Below, piece after piece: positions 18,013 through 27,168 of a stretch of 64,000 nt of DNA. This DNA comes from a virus. The DNA lies in IMG/VR virus record IMGVR_UViG_3300024346_007254, positions 10,883-74,882 of that record. One strand, written 5' to 3'. Below the pieces are notes generated by a model. It was not told the origin of the DNA. It did no database searches and worked only from the letters and a program-made list of their open reading frames with translations. Positions within the stretch are counted from its first letter, which is position 1, and every line of letters begins with the position of its first letter. A program made the translations under genes and the position numbers.

Positions 18013-18638
18013 TCGCCTAAAATAATATCCCCGGTATGTGCATCAATGTATATATGTGTTCCTAAACTATCAGCAACATAATGTATCCATGCGTCATCAG
18101 GATGCTGCTTAATTGGGTTTAAAAGATATTCCTTTTCTGTTATTGTATATTCCTTGCCAATCGGCTTTGTAAAAATTAAGAAGTCGTGCCTGCCTTCTTG
18201 AAAAAAGTCAACTAGTTCAGTGCAAGTTTCAAACGCTTCTACATCTACAAGTATATTAACATTAACTAAAACATTCATTTCATACAAATATTCAGCCACG
18301 TTGCGAGCTTTAACTTTTTTGATTGTTTTGTAATTTACAATTAAATTAACACGGTCGAGTACTCTTCCTGCCTTTGTCCACCAGATAATACCATTTGAAC
18401 CATCTGAATCTATTTCAAGAATACATTTATACGTGTTTTTTAAATAGTCGCACAACAACAAAAAGTTATCACATGTTTCCGGTGCTGCAATGTTAAACTT
18501 AATAGTAACAAGCTCATCTTTTTTAAGTAGACAAGAGATATCTTCTTTTACAGTTTCTAATTCTAATTTCTTAGTTGTGCCAATGTCAAATTCTATTTTT
18601 TTAATAATTTTTAAATCTTTTTTGTGTAAATTCATCAT
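17991..18638 (-). CDS. degenerate radical-SAM-barrel-like protein lacking CxxxCxxC
   Basis: LEIDSDGSNGIIWW, VNVNILVD and HIYIDAHTG echo the neighbouring rSAMs (TNGS...W, VNVMM, HIDQHT), but there is no cluster-binding motif. Confidence 0.45.
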   Translation of the reverse strand: MMNLHKKDLKIIKKIEFDIGTTKKLELETVKEDISCLLKKDELVTIKFNIAAPETCDNFLLLCDYLKNTYKCILEIDSDGSNGIIWWTKAGRVLDRVNLIVNYKTIKKVKARNVAEYLYEMNVLVNVNILVDVEAFETCTELVDFFQEGRHDFLIFTKPIGKEYTITEKEYLLNPIKQHPDDAWIHYVADSLGTHIYIDAHTGDIILGECLNIPN

Positions 18639-20026
18639 AATAAGTGTGCCAATTCCGGAAATACTTTTTTAGCACTAACACCGCGTATTGCGTCCAGCTT
18701 AGTTACATATTCTTTAAAGTCAGGAAGTAGATATGAATTGTCTTGTGCATTCATATGATTTAGCACTCCTTCCCAACGTGCCCAGCCATACGGATTATTA
18801 TCCCAAAATCCTTCTGATTCGTGATGTGCTTTTAGATATCCTTTAAAACTCATAAAGTTTTCTTCTACTTCTTTTTTATCATCCTTAGGTAACATTTGTA
18901 TACTTAAAAAGGTCGGAATATATAACAGGTGCATGTTAAATAGTCCGCCGCCATGTAGAACAAAGGACGTCATTTCAGTATTAACTTTTTTAAAGTTTTG
19001 AGACATTTTCCAATACGCAAAATCAGGTAAGTGTTTAACATTAAAGATTTGTATTGCGGTTGCAATCGACGGAGATATATTATACGGAGAGTTGTCTAAC
19101 ATATGCATAGTCTCTTCAATTGTATTCCAGTCACTTGGATGTCGAATGTATGCATTTCGTTGTCCGGTTGCATCAATACTTACACCAACTTTTACTTGCT
19201 GAAAGTAATTCCATAACTCCATTAAATCTTTGTCAATAAGTAATCCGTTTGTATTATAGCGTAGAATAATGTTTTTGGCATATCCTGATTTTACAATTTG
19301 TTCAATAAATTCTTTATGCTGCTTAATCATTAACGGCTCGCCACCGGCAAAATATACTTCTTTTAAATAGGGAATCTGTCTGTACATTTGATCCCAAAAC
19401 TCTGGGTTTTCATGCCATTTGTTATTAAATGTCATCTTGTCCCATTGTAATTGATCCTTAACTGTTTCACTTTCTAGTTGAGGAAATAGTTCTTGCCAAT
19501 CTTTGACCCATTTACTACTATCATGCGGACTGCACATAACGCACTTGATGTTACAAGTGTGTCCGAGACGTAAGTCAAGGTATTGTAGTTTATCCGGAAC
19601 CCTGCCCTCTGGTGTTGTATTAGATAGTAACTCGGTTAGATCTAAGTCACGCCTTGCTATCCATGCAGAAGTTTCCCACAAGCGTTTGCTTGCAACTCCT
19701 TTTGCTTCTTCTTCAAAGCATTTCGTACAACTAGCAGGAATGTTTCCTTCCATCATTGTTGTACGCACAGATCTCATGTAATCACTGTTCCATGCTTCAA
19801 GTGGTGTCATTTTTGCAAAATTAGAAGGATTACCGTTAACGTCTTTTACTAATCCTATAGTATGATCAGTGCCTGCGCCGCTGGCATTTGCAGAACAACA
19901 AAGGCGCATATCCCCATTTGGTCTAGTTGCTAAATGTATCCACGGAAGAGCGCACATTGTTTTTGTACCGGATTCTTCAATCACGTGCTGCCAATGTTCC
20001 ATTATTCTTTGGCTGGAATTTGACAT
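18635..20026 (-). CDS. radical SAM protein with N-terminal twitch-like domain
   Basis: MCALPWIH...RLCC...CTKC followed by CNIKCVMC, FAGGEP and YNTNG. Confidence 0.92.
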   Translation of the reverse strand: MSNSSQRIMEHWQHVIEESGTKTMCALPWIHLATRPNGDMRLCCSANASGAGTDHTIGLVKDVNGNPSNFAKMTPLEAWNSDYMRSVRTTMMEGNIPASCTKCFEEEAKGVASKRLWETSAWIARRDLDLTELLSNTTPEGRVPDKLQYLDLRLGHTCNIKCVMCSPHDSSKWVKDWQELFPQLESETVKDQLQWDKMTFNNKWHENPEFWDQMYRQIPYLKEVYFAGGEPLMIKQHKEFIEQIVKSGYAKNIILRYNTNGLLIDKDLMELWNYFQQVKVGVSIDATGQRNAYIRHPSDWNTIEETMHMLDNSPYNISPSIATAIQIFNVKHLPDFAYWKMSQNFKKVNTEMTSFVLHGGGLFNMHLLYIPTFLSIQMLPKDDKKEVEENFMSFKGYLKAHHESEGFWDNNPYGWARWEGVLNHMNAQDNSYLLPDFKEYVTKLDAIRGVSAKKVFPELAHLL

Positions 20027-20632
20027 CTACTTTCTTCCAATCACTAAAAATCTATTATATAACGGCAACTCTAAAGTTTCCTTACAATATATACTATTTA
20101 ATCCGCAAAAATCAGCAAACTTATCTGCATCAACTTCACAGCGTACATGCTCCGGAAGGGAAGTATAATTATTGCTCTGCAAAATAACTAAACTGCTATC
20201 AGGTACACGAGATAACCATAAGTCGTAATGATCACGTGTTAAATGTTCAGTACTTGTGTTAATTACATATTCGGGTTCTGTTTCATAATTCCATGCTGCC
20301 ATGTCAGAGGTATGTGCATGAAAGCGGCTTTCCATTTCAAACCTCTTGTTAATCATATTAGCAACTTCTTCGCAGCCTGGATCAATATCAATACTATCTA
20401 TGTGATTAATTGGAATTTGGCTGTTAAACATCAAGCTTGCAAGCACTCCGTTCCATCCGCCGTGTATAACAGCGTTAGCAGGTTCAGAGTGTGCATATTT
20501 TTGCAAATGTTCAATTAGCCAAACTTTGCTATAAACTTGACCACGCCAAAAGCTTTCCAATGTGCCAAAGTAGTTTTCACTTTGTCTAATTGCATCCATC
20601 CAAAAAATAACATCTTCTATTTCTACTTTCAT
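20027..20632 (-). CDS. class I SAM-dependent methyltransferase-like protein
   Basis: VIHGGWNG, SIDID, INTSTEH and LQSNNY; paralog of 1261-2226. Confidence 0.7.
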   Translation of the reverse strand: MKVEIEDVIFWMDAIRQSENYFGTLESFWRGQVYSKVWLIEHLQKYAHSEPANAVIHGGWNGVLASLMFNSQIPINHIDSIDIDPGCEEVANMINKRFEMESRFHAHTSDMAAWNYETEPEYVINTSTEHLTRDHYDLWLSRVPDSSLVILQSNNYTSLPEHVRCEVDADKFADFCGLNSIYCKETLELPLYNRFLVIGRK

Positions 20633-21546
20633 GGGTTTAATAAAATCTTTTTCCAGTGTTCTATAGTTTTAGCAATACCTTCTTCGTATGAGACTTTAGG
20701 TGCCCATCCAGTTTTTTCTGTAATCAAATTATGATTGCTGTTAAGCCACCATATTTCTCCATGGCGTGGATCTTTGGTATCCCAATTAATAGTGCCCTTC
20801 CAGTCTAGCTGCTCGGCAATATAATTTGCACAATCTCTAATTTTGCGAGGATCGTCTGGACCAATTGTAAAGATGTTTCCTTTACAAGTATCTCTGTTTT
20901 CAATAACAGCCATCCATGCATCTAACAAATCGTCAATATAGATAAAGTTACGATATGGTTCGGCATATCCAAGATTACATTCATCACTTGTTAGCATTTG
21001 TGCTATGATGTGCTCAGTTATAAAAAAATCGTTATCCTTGCGCCCATAAGCATTTGTTTGTCTAAAGCTAGCCCACTCTAGTCCGTATGCACGTTCGGCG
21101 TACTCGAGATACTTTTCACAGCCATACTTAGCAACTGCATACGGCGCGTTAGGATGAGGTTGCGTATGCTCGTCAAATGCAACACGGGTTGTGTATGTAC
21201 CTGTATTTTCAACTTCGTCGCTAATTGGTTGCCAACCGTAAACTTCCATTGTGCTAGCAAATACAAAGTATGGCATTGGATCAACTTGTCGACATGCTTC
21301 AATTAAGTTAACTGTTCCTACATAGTTCACCTCACTAAAACTAACCTGCTCGTAAAAGCTTTTTTGTACTTCTGTTCGTGCTGCTAGGTGCACCACAATA
21401 TCCGGAGCAACTGCTTTCACTTCGTCTTGTACTGCAAGGTGATCTGTTAAGTCACTTTTGAGATCAACAACTTCTCCTAGTTGTAGCAAGCGAGGCAGCA
21501 AATGCTGTCCAATAAATCCGCTTGCGCCTGTAAGTAATATTTTCAT
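20629..21546 (-). CDS. NAD-dependent NDP-sugar epimerase/dehydratase (extended SDR)
   Basis: TGASGFIG, HLAA, ASTMEVYG, YAVAK and RNFIYIDD. Confidence 0.9.
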   Translation of the reverse strand: MKILLTGASGFIGQHLLPRLLQLGEVVDLKSDLTDHLAVQDEVKAVAPDIVVHLAARTEVQKSFYEQVSFSEVNYVGTVNLIEACRQVDPMPYFVFASTMEVYGWQPISDEVENTGTYTTRVAFDEHTQPHPNAPYAVAKYGCEKYLEYAERAYGLEWASFRQTNAYGRKDNDFFITEHIIAQMLTSDECNLGYAEPYRNFIYIDDLLDAWMAVIENRDTCKGNIFTIGPDDPRKIRDCANYIAEQLDWKGTINWDTKDPRHGEIWWLNSNHNLITEKTGWAPKVSYEEGIAKTIEHWKKILLNP

Positions 21547-22604
21547 TTTTGTACCTTTTTTAAAAAATTATAATTATCGGGAATTCTTTTTATATCAAAT
21601 GTTTGATGATAGTGTTCACGCTGATCAATATCAGGAATACCTTGGATTGCATCAAGAATGGAATCAGAGGCGTGCTCGTTTGTTTGAACAATGTTTAACA
21701 GGTTATTAAAATTGTAAAGAACTTTCTTTTGTAATTTATTTTGTAATTCTGTTATATCGTATTGACAAAGTTTGGCAACTTCTTTCATAAACATTTCACA
21801 ACGCTTTTCGTCATCAAGCTCTTTATCAAATGAATAATCTATTACTTCGTCAAACAGTTTAAATCCCATTTTCTTTAAATATCGATGAGTATAAGGAGCA
21901 CCAGATATTAAAAACGGACGTTGATGATAAATTGGAACATAAGTTTTTTCTGTAATAAACAATGCACGTGGATGCGACTCGCTAATAATGCTAAACAAAC
22001 TATCTTTAAATTCTTCAGGAGGAATAAAGATATTTAGAAATGAATGGAATTTTTTAGCTTCGATCCATTTTTGATCGAATTCCATTCTTTCAGGCGTCCA
22101 CCATTTAAAGTCATATTGATAACTCCACTCCTCGGTATTATGCCAACTTATAAATCCATGTTGAAATAAATTTTCTTTGTACATGTAATCAATAAACATG
22201 CACCTCCACGGATGTGCCCTGCCGTTTAAACTAGTAAAATGTTTAGTAATTTCTTTATTATGTCCGAACGGTCTGACTTGATTTTCAAAAGAATGACGAA
22301 GAACAAAGTTAGCAAAAAAGGTGGGCCAGCTTCCAGTTACTTCCGGAACGCTATTTAGAAAATAGTTTGGACTTAACTTACTGTCTAATACTGCGCCTGT
22401 GATAATTTCTAATTTAACATTATGAAAATCTAAGAATCGTTTGAAAAGCGTAAATGATGTAGGATCGGTATAGAGGGTGGCAGCTTCCCATTCCTCTGGA
22501 GAAAAAACTATCAACTTTTCAGGTTTATTATCCGATTCAATGAGATCAACTAGATCTTTAAGTTCGGATGCGCCCCAAGGGAAAAAATATTCTACGCTGC
22601 TCAT
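21543..22604 (-). CDS. putative glycosyltransferase (GT-B-like, TEK motif)
   Basis: ISES...FITEKTYVPI...RPFL...GFKLFD..ID.SFD, reminiscent of the GT10-like donor-binding segment; paralog of 25810-27168. Confidence 0.5.
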   Translation of the reverse strand: MSSVEYFFPWGASELKDLVDLIESDNKPEKLIVFSPEEWEAATLYTDPTSFTLFKRFLDFHNVKLEIITGAVLDSKLSPNYFLNSVPEVTGSWPTFFANFVLRHSFENQVRPFGHNKEITKHFTSLNGRAHPWRCMFIDYMYKENLFQHGFISWHNTEEWSYQYDFKWWTPERMEFDQKWIEAKKFHSFLNIFIPPEEFKDSLFSIISESHPRALFITEKTYVPIYHQRPFLISGAPYTHRYLKKMGFKLFDEVIDYSFDKELDDEKRCEMFMKEVAKLCQYDITELQNKLQKKVLYNFNNLLNIVQTNEHASDSILDAIQGIPDIDQREHYHQTFDIKRIPDNYNFLKKVQK

Positions 22605-22612
22605 TGTATACC

Positions 22613-22620
22613 TATAAATA
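22613..22620 (+). promoter_or_regulatory. T4-late-like promoter TATAAATA
   Basis: Exact TATAAATA, 4 nt before ATG 22625. Confidence 0.7.
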
Positions 22621-22624
22621 TGTT

Positions 22625-23215
22625 ATGTTCGAAATAGTAACAGAATTTGAAAATAAAATTGCTGAGTTCTTTGGTGCGCCGTATGCAGTGTCAACTGATT
22701 GCTGTACGCATGCCATAGAACTGTCTTTATTATACACTAATCCTCGACGTTTGTCTATACCTTATTACAATTACTTATCTATACCTATGACAGCTAAAAA
22801 ATTAAATTTGAACTGGACATGGCACGATAAGCATTGGGAAGAATATTACAAATTAGAATTTACAAATATCTACGATGCTGCTGTGCTTTGGAAACAGAAC
22901 AGTTACATCAAAGGATCGTTTATGTGTTTAAGTTTTCAATACCGAAAGCACCTTAGTCTAGGACGAGGAGGCATGATACTAACTGATGACCGTACTGCAT
23001 ACACAGACTTGATTAAGTTAGGATATGATGGTAGGACACGAGATAAGCCCTGGGCAGAACAAGAAGTTGATTCACTTGGTTATCACTATTATATGACACC
23101 CGAAATTGCACAAACTGGGTTAGATAAATTGCCCAGTGCAATTGCTTCTACTCCAAAAAAGTGGAGTTGGAAAGACTATCCAGATTTAAGAAATATGCCA
23201 TTATTCGCCAAATGA
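22625..23215 (+). CDS. DegT/DnrJ/EryC1/StrS-type PLP aminotransferase, shortened
   Basis: FENKIAEFFGAPYAVSTDCCTHAIEL, YDAA, SFQYRKHL..GRGGMILTDD and GYHYYMT; under 200 aa. Confidence 0.85.
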   Translation: MFEIVTEFENKIAEFFGAPYAVSTDCCTHAIELSLLYTNPRRLSIPYYNYLSIPMTAKKLNLNWTWHDKHWEEYYKLEFTNIYDAAVLWKQNSYIKGSFMCLSFQYRKHLSLGRGGMILTDDRTAYTDLIKLGYDGRTRDKPWAEQEVDSLGYHYYMTPEIAQTGLDKLPSAIASTPKKWSWKDYPDLRNMPLFAK

Positions 23216-23974
23216 TCTAACATTAACAGTTTCAAACACCGTTGGATATTCTTGACTTAAAAGAACATTAATTGCAGGAATCAATTTGTCAAAGTTTTTA
23301 TTTTTTTGAGCAATAGCTTTTATGTCATTGTGTATTTTTGTGAATGTTTCTTTAGTTGAATCTTTTATTAGCCTACCTACATCACTGTAAATTGTCTCTG
23401 CTATCTCCAAATGTTTTAGCACGTCGGGATGAAAATCGCCCTCTACAGTACCAAAAGCCGGAGTTTTATGATCTTCGATTTTTAAGAATTTCATCGTAGG
23501 AAATGCAGTCGAATATAACTGAAACATTTTTTGATTTGGAGTTTTAACAACACGGTCTTCGTCTACAAAGAGTCTAAATCCTGTTGCTTGCCATGATACA
23601 TTGTAAAGCCTATTAGCACAGATTATTGCTGTAGAATTTTTAACAGCATCGTTATCAGAATCCCAATACTTTTTTATAAATCTCTTATCATAGCCAGCAC
23701 TTCCGGGGTTTAGAACAGATCCGTTTGGAAGCCAATTGCCATCTTTTATTCTATCTTCCCTGCTCCAACTGGACCAAAGTATATAAATTTGATCGTCATC
23801 TTTAAATTTGTGAATTAGATCTGCCTCAAGAAGGCGGTGGAAAATTCCTACGTTTCCTAAACCAGCAAGCGCATAATTACAATACTCAATTCCTTGATCG
23901 TATGCAATTATGTCTGCCCAGGTCGGCCAGCAGTACTGTGTAAAACTGCATCCAAAAGTAAAAATTCTACTCAT
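23201..23974 (-). CDS. SGNH-like protein (GCS variant)
   Basis: IFTFGCSFT, NYALAGLGN, WSSWSRED and C-terminal DFHP. Confidence 0.6.
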   Translation of the reverse strand: MSRIFTFGCSFTQYCWPTWADIIAYDQGIEYCNYALAGLGNVGIFHRLLEADLIHKFKDDDQIYILWSSWSREDRIKDGNWLPNGSVLNPGSAGYDKRFIKKYWDSDNDAVKNSTAIICANRLYNVSWQATGFRLFVDEDRVVKTPNQKMFQLYSTAFPTMKFLKIEDHKTPAFGTVEGDFHPDVLKHLEIAETIYSDVGRLIKDSTKETFTKIHNDIKAIAQKNKNFDKLIPAINVLLSQEYPTVFETVNVRSFGE

Positions 23975-23983
23975 ATCATTCCT

Positions 23984-24006
23984 TAAATATAGTATGAGTA
24001 TTTATA
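23984..24006. promoter_or_regulatory. opposed putative late promoter boxes
   Basis: Plus strand: TAAATA (23984-23989)-4 nt-ATG 23994. Minus strand: TATAAATA (23999-24006) upstream of an AAGGA SD and ATG 23974. Confidence 0.6.
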
Positions 24007-25001
24007 GCACCAATGAGTGGGATCCACTAAAGAAGGTTGTAGTAGGCGTAGCCGATTATGCACGTATTCCAGAAATGGACAAAAGTTTACGTTGTATCAA
24101 TTATGCAGACAGAGACAATGTAAACGATGTAGTTGCTGGGTTGTATCCCCAACAGGTTGTAGACGAAAGTAATGAAGATCTAGAAACATTTGTTAAGTTT
24201 TTAGAAGGAGAAAGTGTTGAAGTTGTAAGACCTAAGCGCACTCCGGATGTAAAATATTATAACTATTGTCCTAGAGATACTGTGTTTGTACACGGTACTA
24301 AAGCACTTGCTGCACCAATGGCACTCGAATCAAGAGCCGAAGAGTGGAAATATTTACTGCCAGGTGCAGCACCAATTGAAATCGGTGCAAGGACTAGTAG
24401 AGAAGGGTTATATGACGAGTCATGTGTAGGCAATCCTGATAAACTTGCACTCACTGAGACTTCGCCTTGTTTCGACGCTGCTAATGCTATCAAAGCTAAT
24501 GATGACGTATTGTACTTGGTCAGCAATAGTGGCAATAAAGCTGGCGCTACATATTTACAAGATTGGATTAACAAGCCTAGAAACAATTTTGTCGATCCTG
24601 GAAATATTAAAGTTCATACACTCGAAAATGTTTATAGCTACATGCATATCGATAGCACTATTGCGTTTTTAAGAGAGGGGCTGTTGCTTGCTAATCCAAG
24701 TCGTATTAAAGACAAAGACATGCTGCCTGCCCCATTTAATAATTGGGATATAATTTGGGCACCCGAACCAGTTGATGCAGGACATTATCCCGGACTGTGT
24801 AATAGTAGCATTTGGACATGGAACGTAAACTTGTTCAGCGTCAACCCAAACCTAGTCGTGTTAGAGGAACATCAGGTGCCTACGCGCGACGCACTGGAGG
24901 CATACGGTATCGAGTGCGCTATGTTGCCACTAAGACACGCACGCACGTTAGGTGGGTGTTTTCACTGTTGCACGCTAGACCTTGTGCGTAAAGTTTCCTG
25001 A
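23994..25001 (+). CDS. amidinotransferase (glycine / inosamine-phosphate amidinotransferase family)
   Basis: NEWDPLKKVVVG, YCPRD, FDAAN, HIDST and GGCFHCCTLD, which include the catalytic Asp-His-Cys set. Confidence 0.9.
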   Translation: MSIYSTNEWDPLKKVVVGVADYARIPEMDKSLRCINYADRDNVNDVVAGLYPQQVVDESNEDLETFVKFLEGESVEVVRPKRTPDVKYYNYCPRDTVFVHGTKALAAPMALESRAEEWKYLLPGAAPIEIGARTSREGLYDESCVGNPDKLALTETSPCFDAANAIKANDDVLYLVSNSGNKAGATYLQDWINKPRNNFVDPGNIKVHTLENVYSYMHIDSTIAFLREGLLLANPSRIKDKDMLPAPFNNWDIIWAPEPVDAGHYPGLCNSSIWTWNVNLFSVNPNLVVLEEHQVPTRDALEAYGIECAMLPLRHARTLGGCFHCCTLDLVRKVS

Positions 25002-25763
25002 GTCGATAATTTTAATAAGCCGTTCGGCAGTATCAGAATGAAAGCCAGGGCCGTCGTGGTCAAAATCACGTGCTCGATCTTTAATGTCCGGACTAACAAA
25101 CCAAAGCTTGCGAGAACTAATGATGACCTCTTGTTCAATGTCGTCGTCCCAGGTCCAGTTAAATACCGGAACGCCTAGCGATTCCCAAATGTTATTGAAA
25201 TTTTCAAACCAGATAAAGTTGTTAAAACTCATTTCAGCAGTATCGACTATATATCGTTTACCCCACCATCTTCCGTCATGCGTTGGAGTTTCGGACATAT
25301 CATTAAATTCTAAAAACTTTTGTTCAGTAGAAGCAAACATTTTTCTTGATTTTTGAGGCCACTGTACTATAACTAACTTTGGCAAGGGTAACTTATTAGT
25401 TTTCCATAAGGTAGTATTGTAGTATTGTATATCCATTCCAGTAGCACCTTTGGCGCAATTATATAAATCAAGATTTAGATGAGTTTTTAGAGTGTGGTTC
25501 CAAATTTGATCTTCGCAAAGTCCTATGCCTTCGGTATAACTGCATCCAAAAGTTAAAAGAAAATCGTCATTAAGATCCTCGATGTTTTTTGTTCTATGCC
25601 CATATTTGTTAAATTTGTATTCAATCTCATATTCAAATTGTTTTTGAAATTCGAGAGGTTGTTTTAAAAACTTTTTCTCAGAATCAGCACTATACCATTT
25701 TAAGGTTTGGTTTGCACGATCCGTGTCGCACAGTAAAGGTTTATCGCGATACCATTGTAGCAT
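24975..25763 (-). CDS. SGNH-like protein (GCS variant)
   Basis: YKFNKYGHR, LTFGCSYTEGIG and ARDFDHDG. Start placed at ATG 25763 with an AGGA SD, which removes the overlap with the plus-strand gene. Confidence 0.6.
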   Translation of the reverse strand: MLQWYRDKPLLCDTDRANQTLKWYSADSEKKFLKQPLEFQKQFEYEIEYKFNKYGHRTKNIEDLNDDFLLTFGCSYTEGIGLCEDQIWNHTLKTHLNLDLYNCAKGATGMDIQYYNTTLWKTNKLPLPKLVIVQWPQKSRKMFASTEQKFLEFNDMSETPTHDGRWWGKRYIVDTAEMSFNNFIWFENFNNIWESLGVPVFNWTWDDDIEQEVIISSRKLWFVSPDIKDRARDFDHDGPGFHSDTAERLIKIIDSGNFTHKV

Positions 25764-25775
25764 TTTAGTTCCTAA

Positions 25776-25792
25776 TAAATATATTGTATTTA
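25776..25792. promoter_or_regulatory. opposed TAAATA boxes in a divergent intergenic region
   Basis: Plus-strand TAAATA at 25776-25781 and minus-strand TAAATA at 25787-25792. Confidence 0.5.
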
Positions 25793-25809
25793 CATTGGAG
25801 TTGATAGAT

Positions 25810-27168
25810 TTGTTTTCAGAATGGTTTGGCGGAATATTTTTTCGTGCTAGGGGAAAACTATCCCCTAAGTTAGTTTTACAGGATGGCACTCTAATCGTAA
25901 ATCCTGATGTACAAAAGTACGATGTCTTAAGAGAATTGCTTGAGGAATCGCAGTTAAAGTTCGAAGACCGCCCGATGATATTGTATAACGGTACGCATAA
26001 CATTCATCACCTAGACAAGTTGTTTGTTACAGATCATTATCGCAAAGTATTACAAAATAATCAAGTTGCTGTGTACTTTTTTGAACCATTAACACACTAC
26101 GATCCTAGTGACGGGTCGCATCCGCACATTATAAAAATTGATAATGCAGATAACGAGATCGAGCAGGTAAGATGTCACGAACTTGATAGTTTACAGGAAT
26201 GGGCAACTGCCAACGAGATTAACGATATATGTGTTTATTGTACTGATTACAAATCATGGGAATATTATCAACCCTTGTACCCAAAACTAAAGCTATTTTC
26301 ATTTGATCTGTTTGTTTCTTGGTATGTTGATCGTGCTACATTATTTGAAAAAAGACATCCATCTGGGCCATTGCCACAAAAACTATATGCTGATAAAATT
26401 ATAAAAAAATTCTGGTCAGGTGCTTGGCGATACGAACCTTATAGAAACTTTATATCAGCATACTTAGCCGGGCGTGGAATTGCACAGGAAAGCCACGTGA
26501 GTTTTTATTTTAAGGTTCCAAATCGTGAATTGAGAGATAGGCTTTGGTTTGACTGGGAAACGTTTCATAAAAAGCATCCTATGGTTGCAAATACTGTTAT
26601 GCAAGGAAATCAGATATTGCAAGAAATTGTTCCATTGTCAATTGAAGTTGAAAACCCAAAAGCTCTAGACGAAAGTAGAAACGATCCTGAAATTTGCACC
26701 AATGGAGAATTTAATATAAGAGGAGATCAAAATCCGGTTAAGTCATATAAAGAATCGTTTTGTGTTATTATACAAGAATCAAGGTTTAGTCAGCCATGGC
26801 CAAATATTAGTGAAAAAACTCTCAATGCAATAATCAATCAACGACCTTTTATTATGTGCGGGCCGCCGGGCACGTTGCATATGCTAAGAGAAATGGGGTT
26901 TCAAACATTTGACGGTTACTGGCCAGAAGATTATGATGAGATTGTATCAAATCAAGATCGATTAGCAAGAATATGCGAAGTTATTGATTACGTTAATTCT
27001 TTTAGTATTGATGATTTAAAACAAGTATACGGTAATATGCAGTCTATTTTGTTTCATAATAACGAAAAGATTAAAGACGTAAATAATTTTTATTTTAATC
27101 TAAATGACAACCTTAAGAGAAATTTTCAAGATATAAAAGATCAGCCCAATAATCGTGGGCTGCTTTAG
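25810..27168 (+). CDS. putative glycosyltransferase (GT-B-like, SEK motif)
   Basis: IIQES...NISEKTLNAI...RPFI...GFQTFD...EDYD; paralog of 21543-22604. The start is uncertain: TTG 25810 follows GGAG, and 25795 or ATG 25975 are also possible. Confidence 0.5.
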   Translation: MFSEWFGGIFFRARGKLSPKLVLQDGTLIVNPDVQKYDVLRELLEESQLKFEDRPMILYNGTHNIHHLDKLFVTDHYRKVLQNNQVAVYFFEPLTHYDPSDGSHPHIIKIDNADNEIEQVRCHELDSLQEWATANEINDICVYCTDYKSWEYYQPLYPKLKLFSFDLFVSWYVDRATLFEKRHPSGPLPQKLYADKIIKKFWSGAWRYEPYRNFISAYLAGRGIAQESHVSFYFKVPNRELRDRLWFDWETFHKKHPMVANTVMQGNQILQEIVPLSIEVENPKALDESRNDPEICTNGEFNIRGDQNPVKSYKESFCVIIQESRFSQPWPNISEKTLNAIINQRPFIMCGPPGTLHMLREMGFQTFDGYWPEDYDEIVSNQDRLARICEVIDYVNSFSIDDLKQVYGNMQSILFHNNEKIKDVNNFYFNLNDNLKRNFQDIKDQPNNRGLL

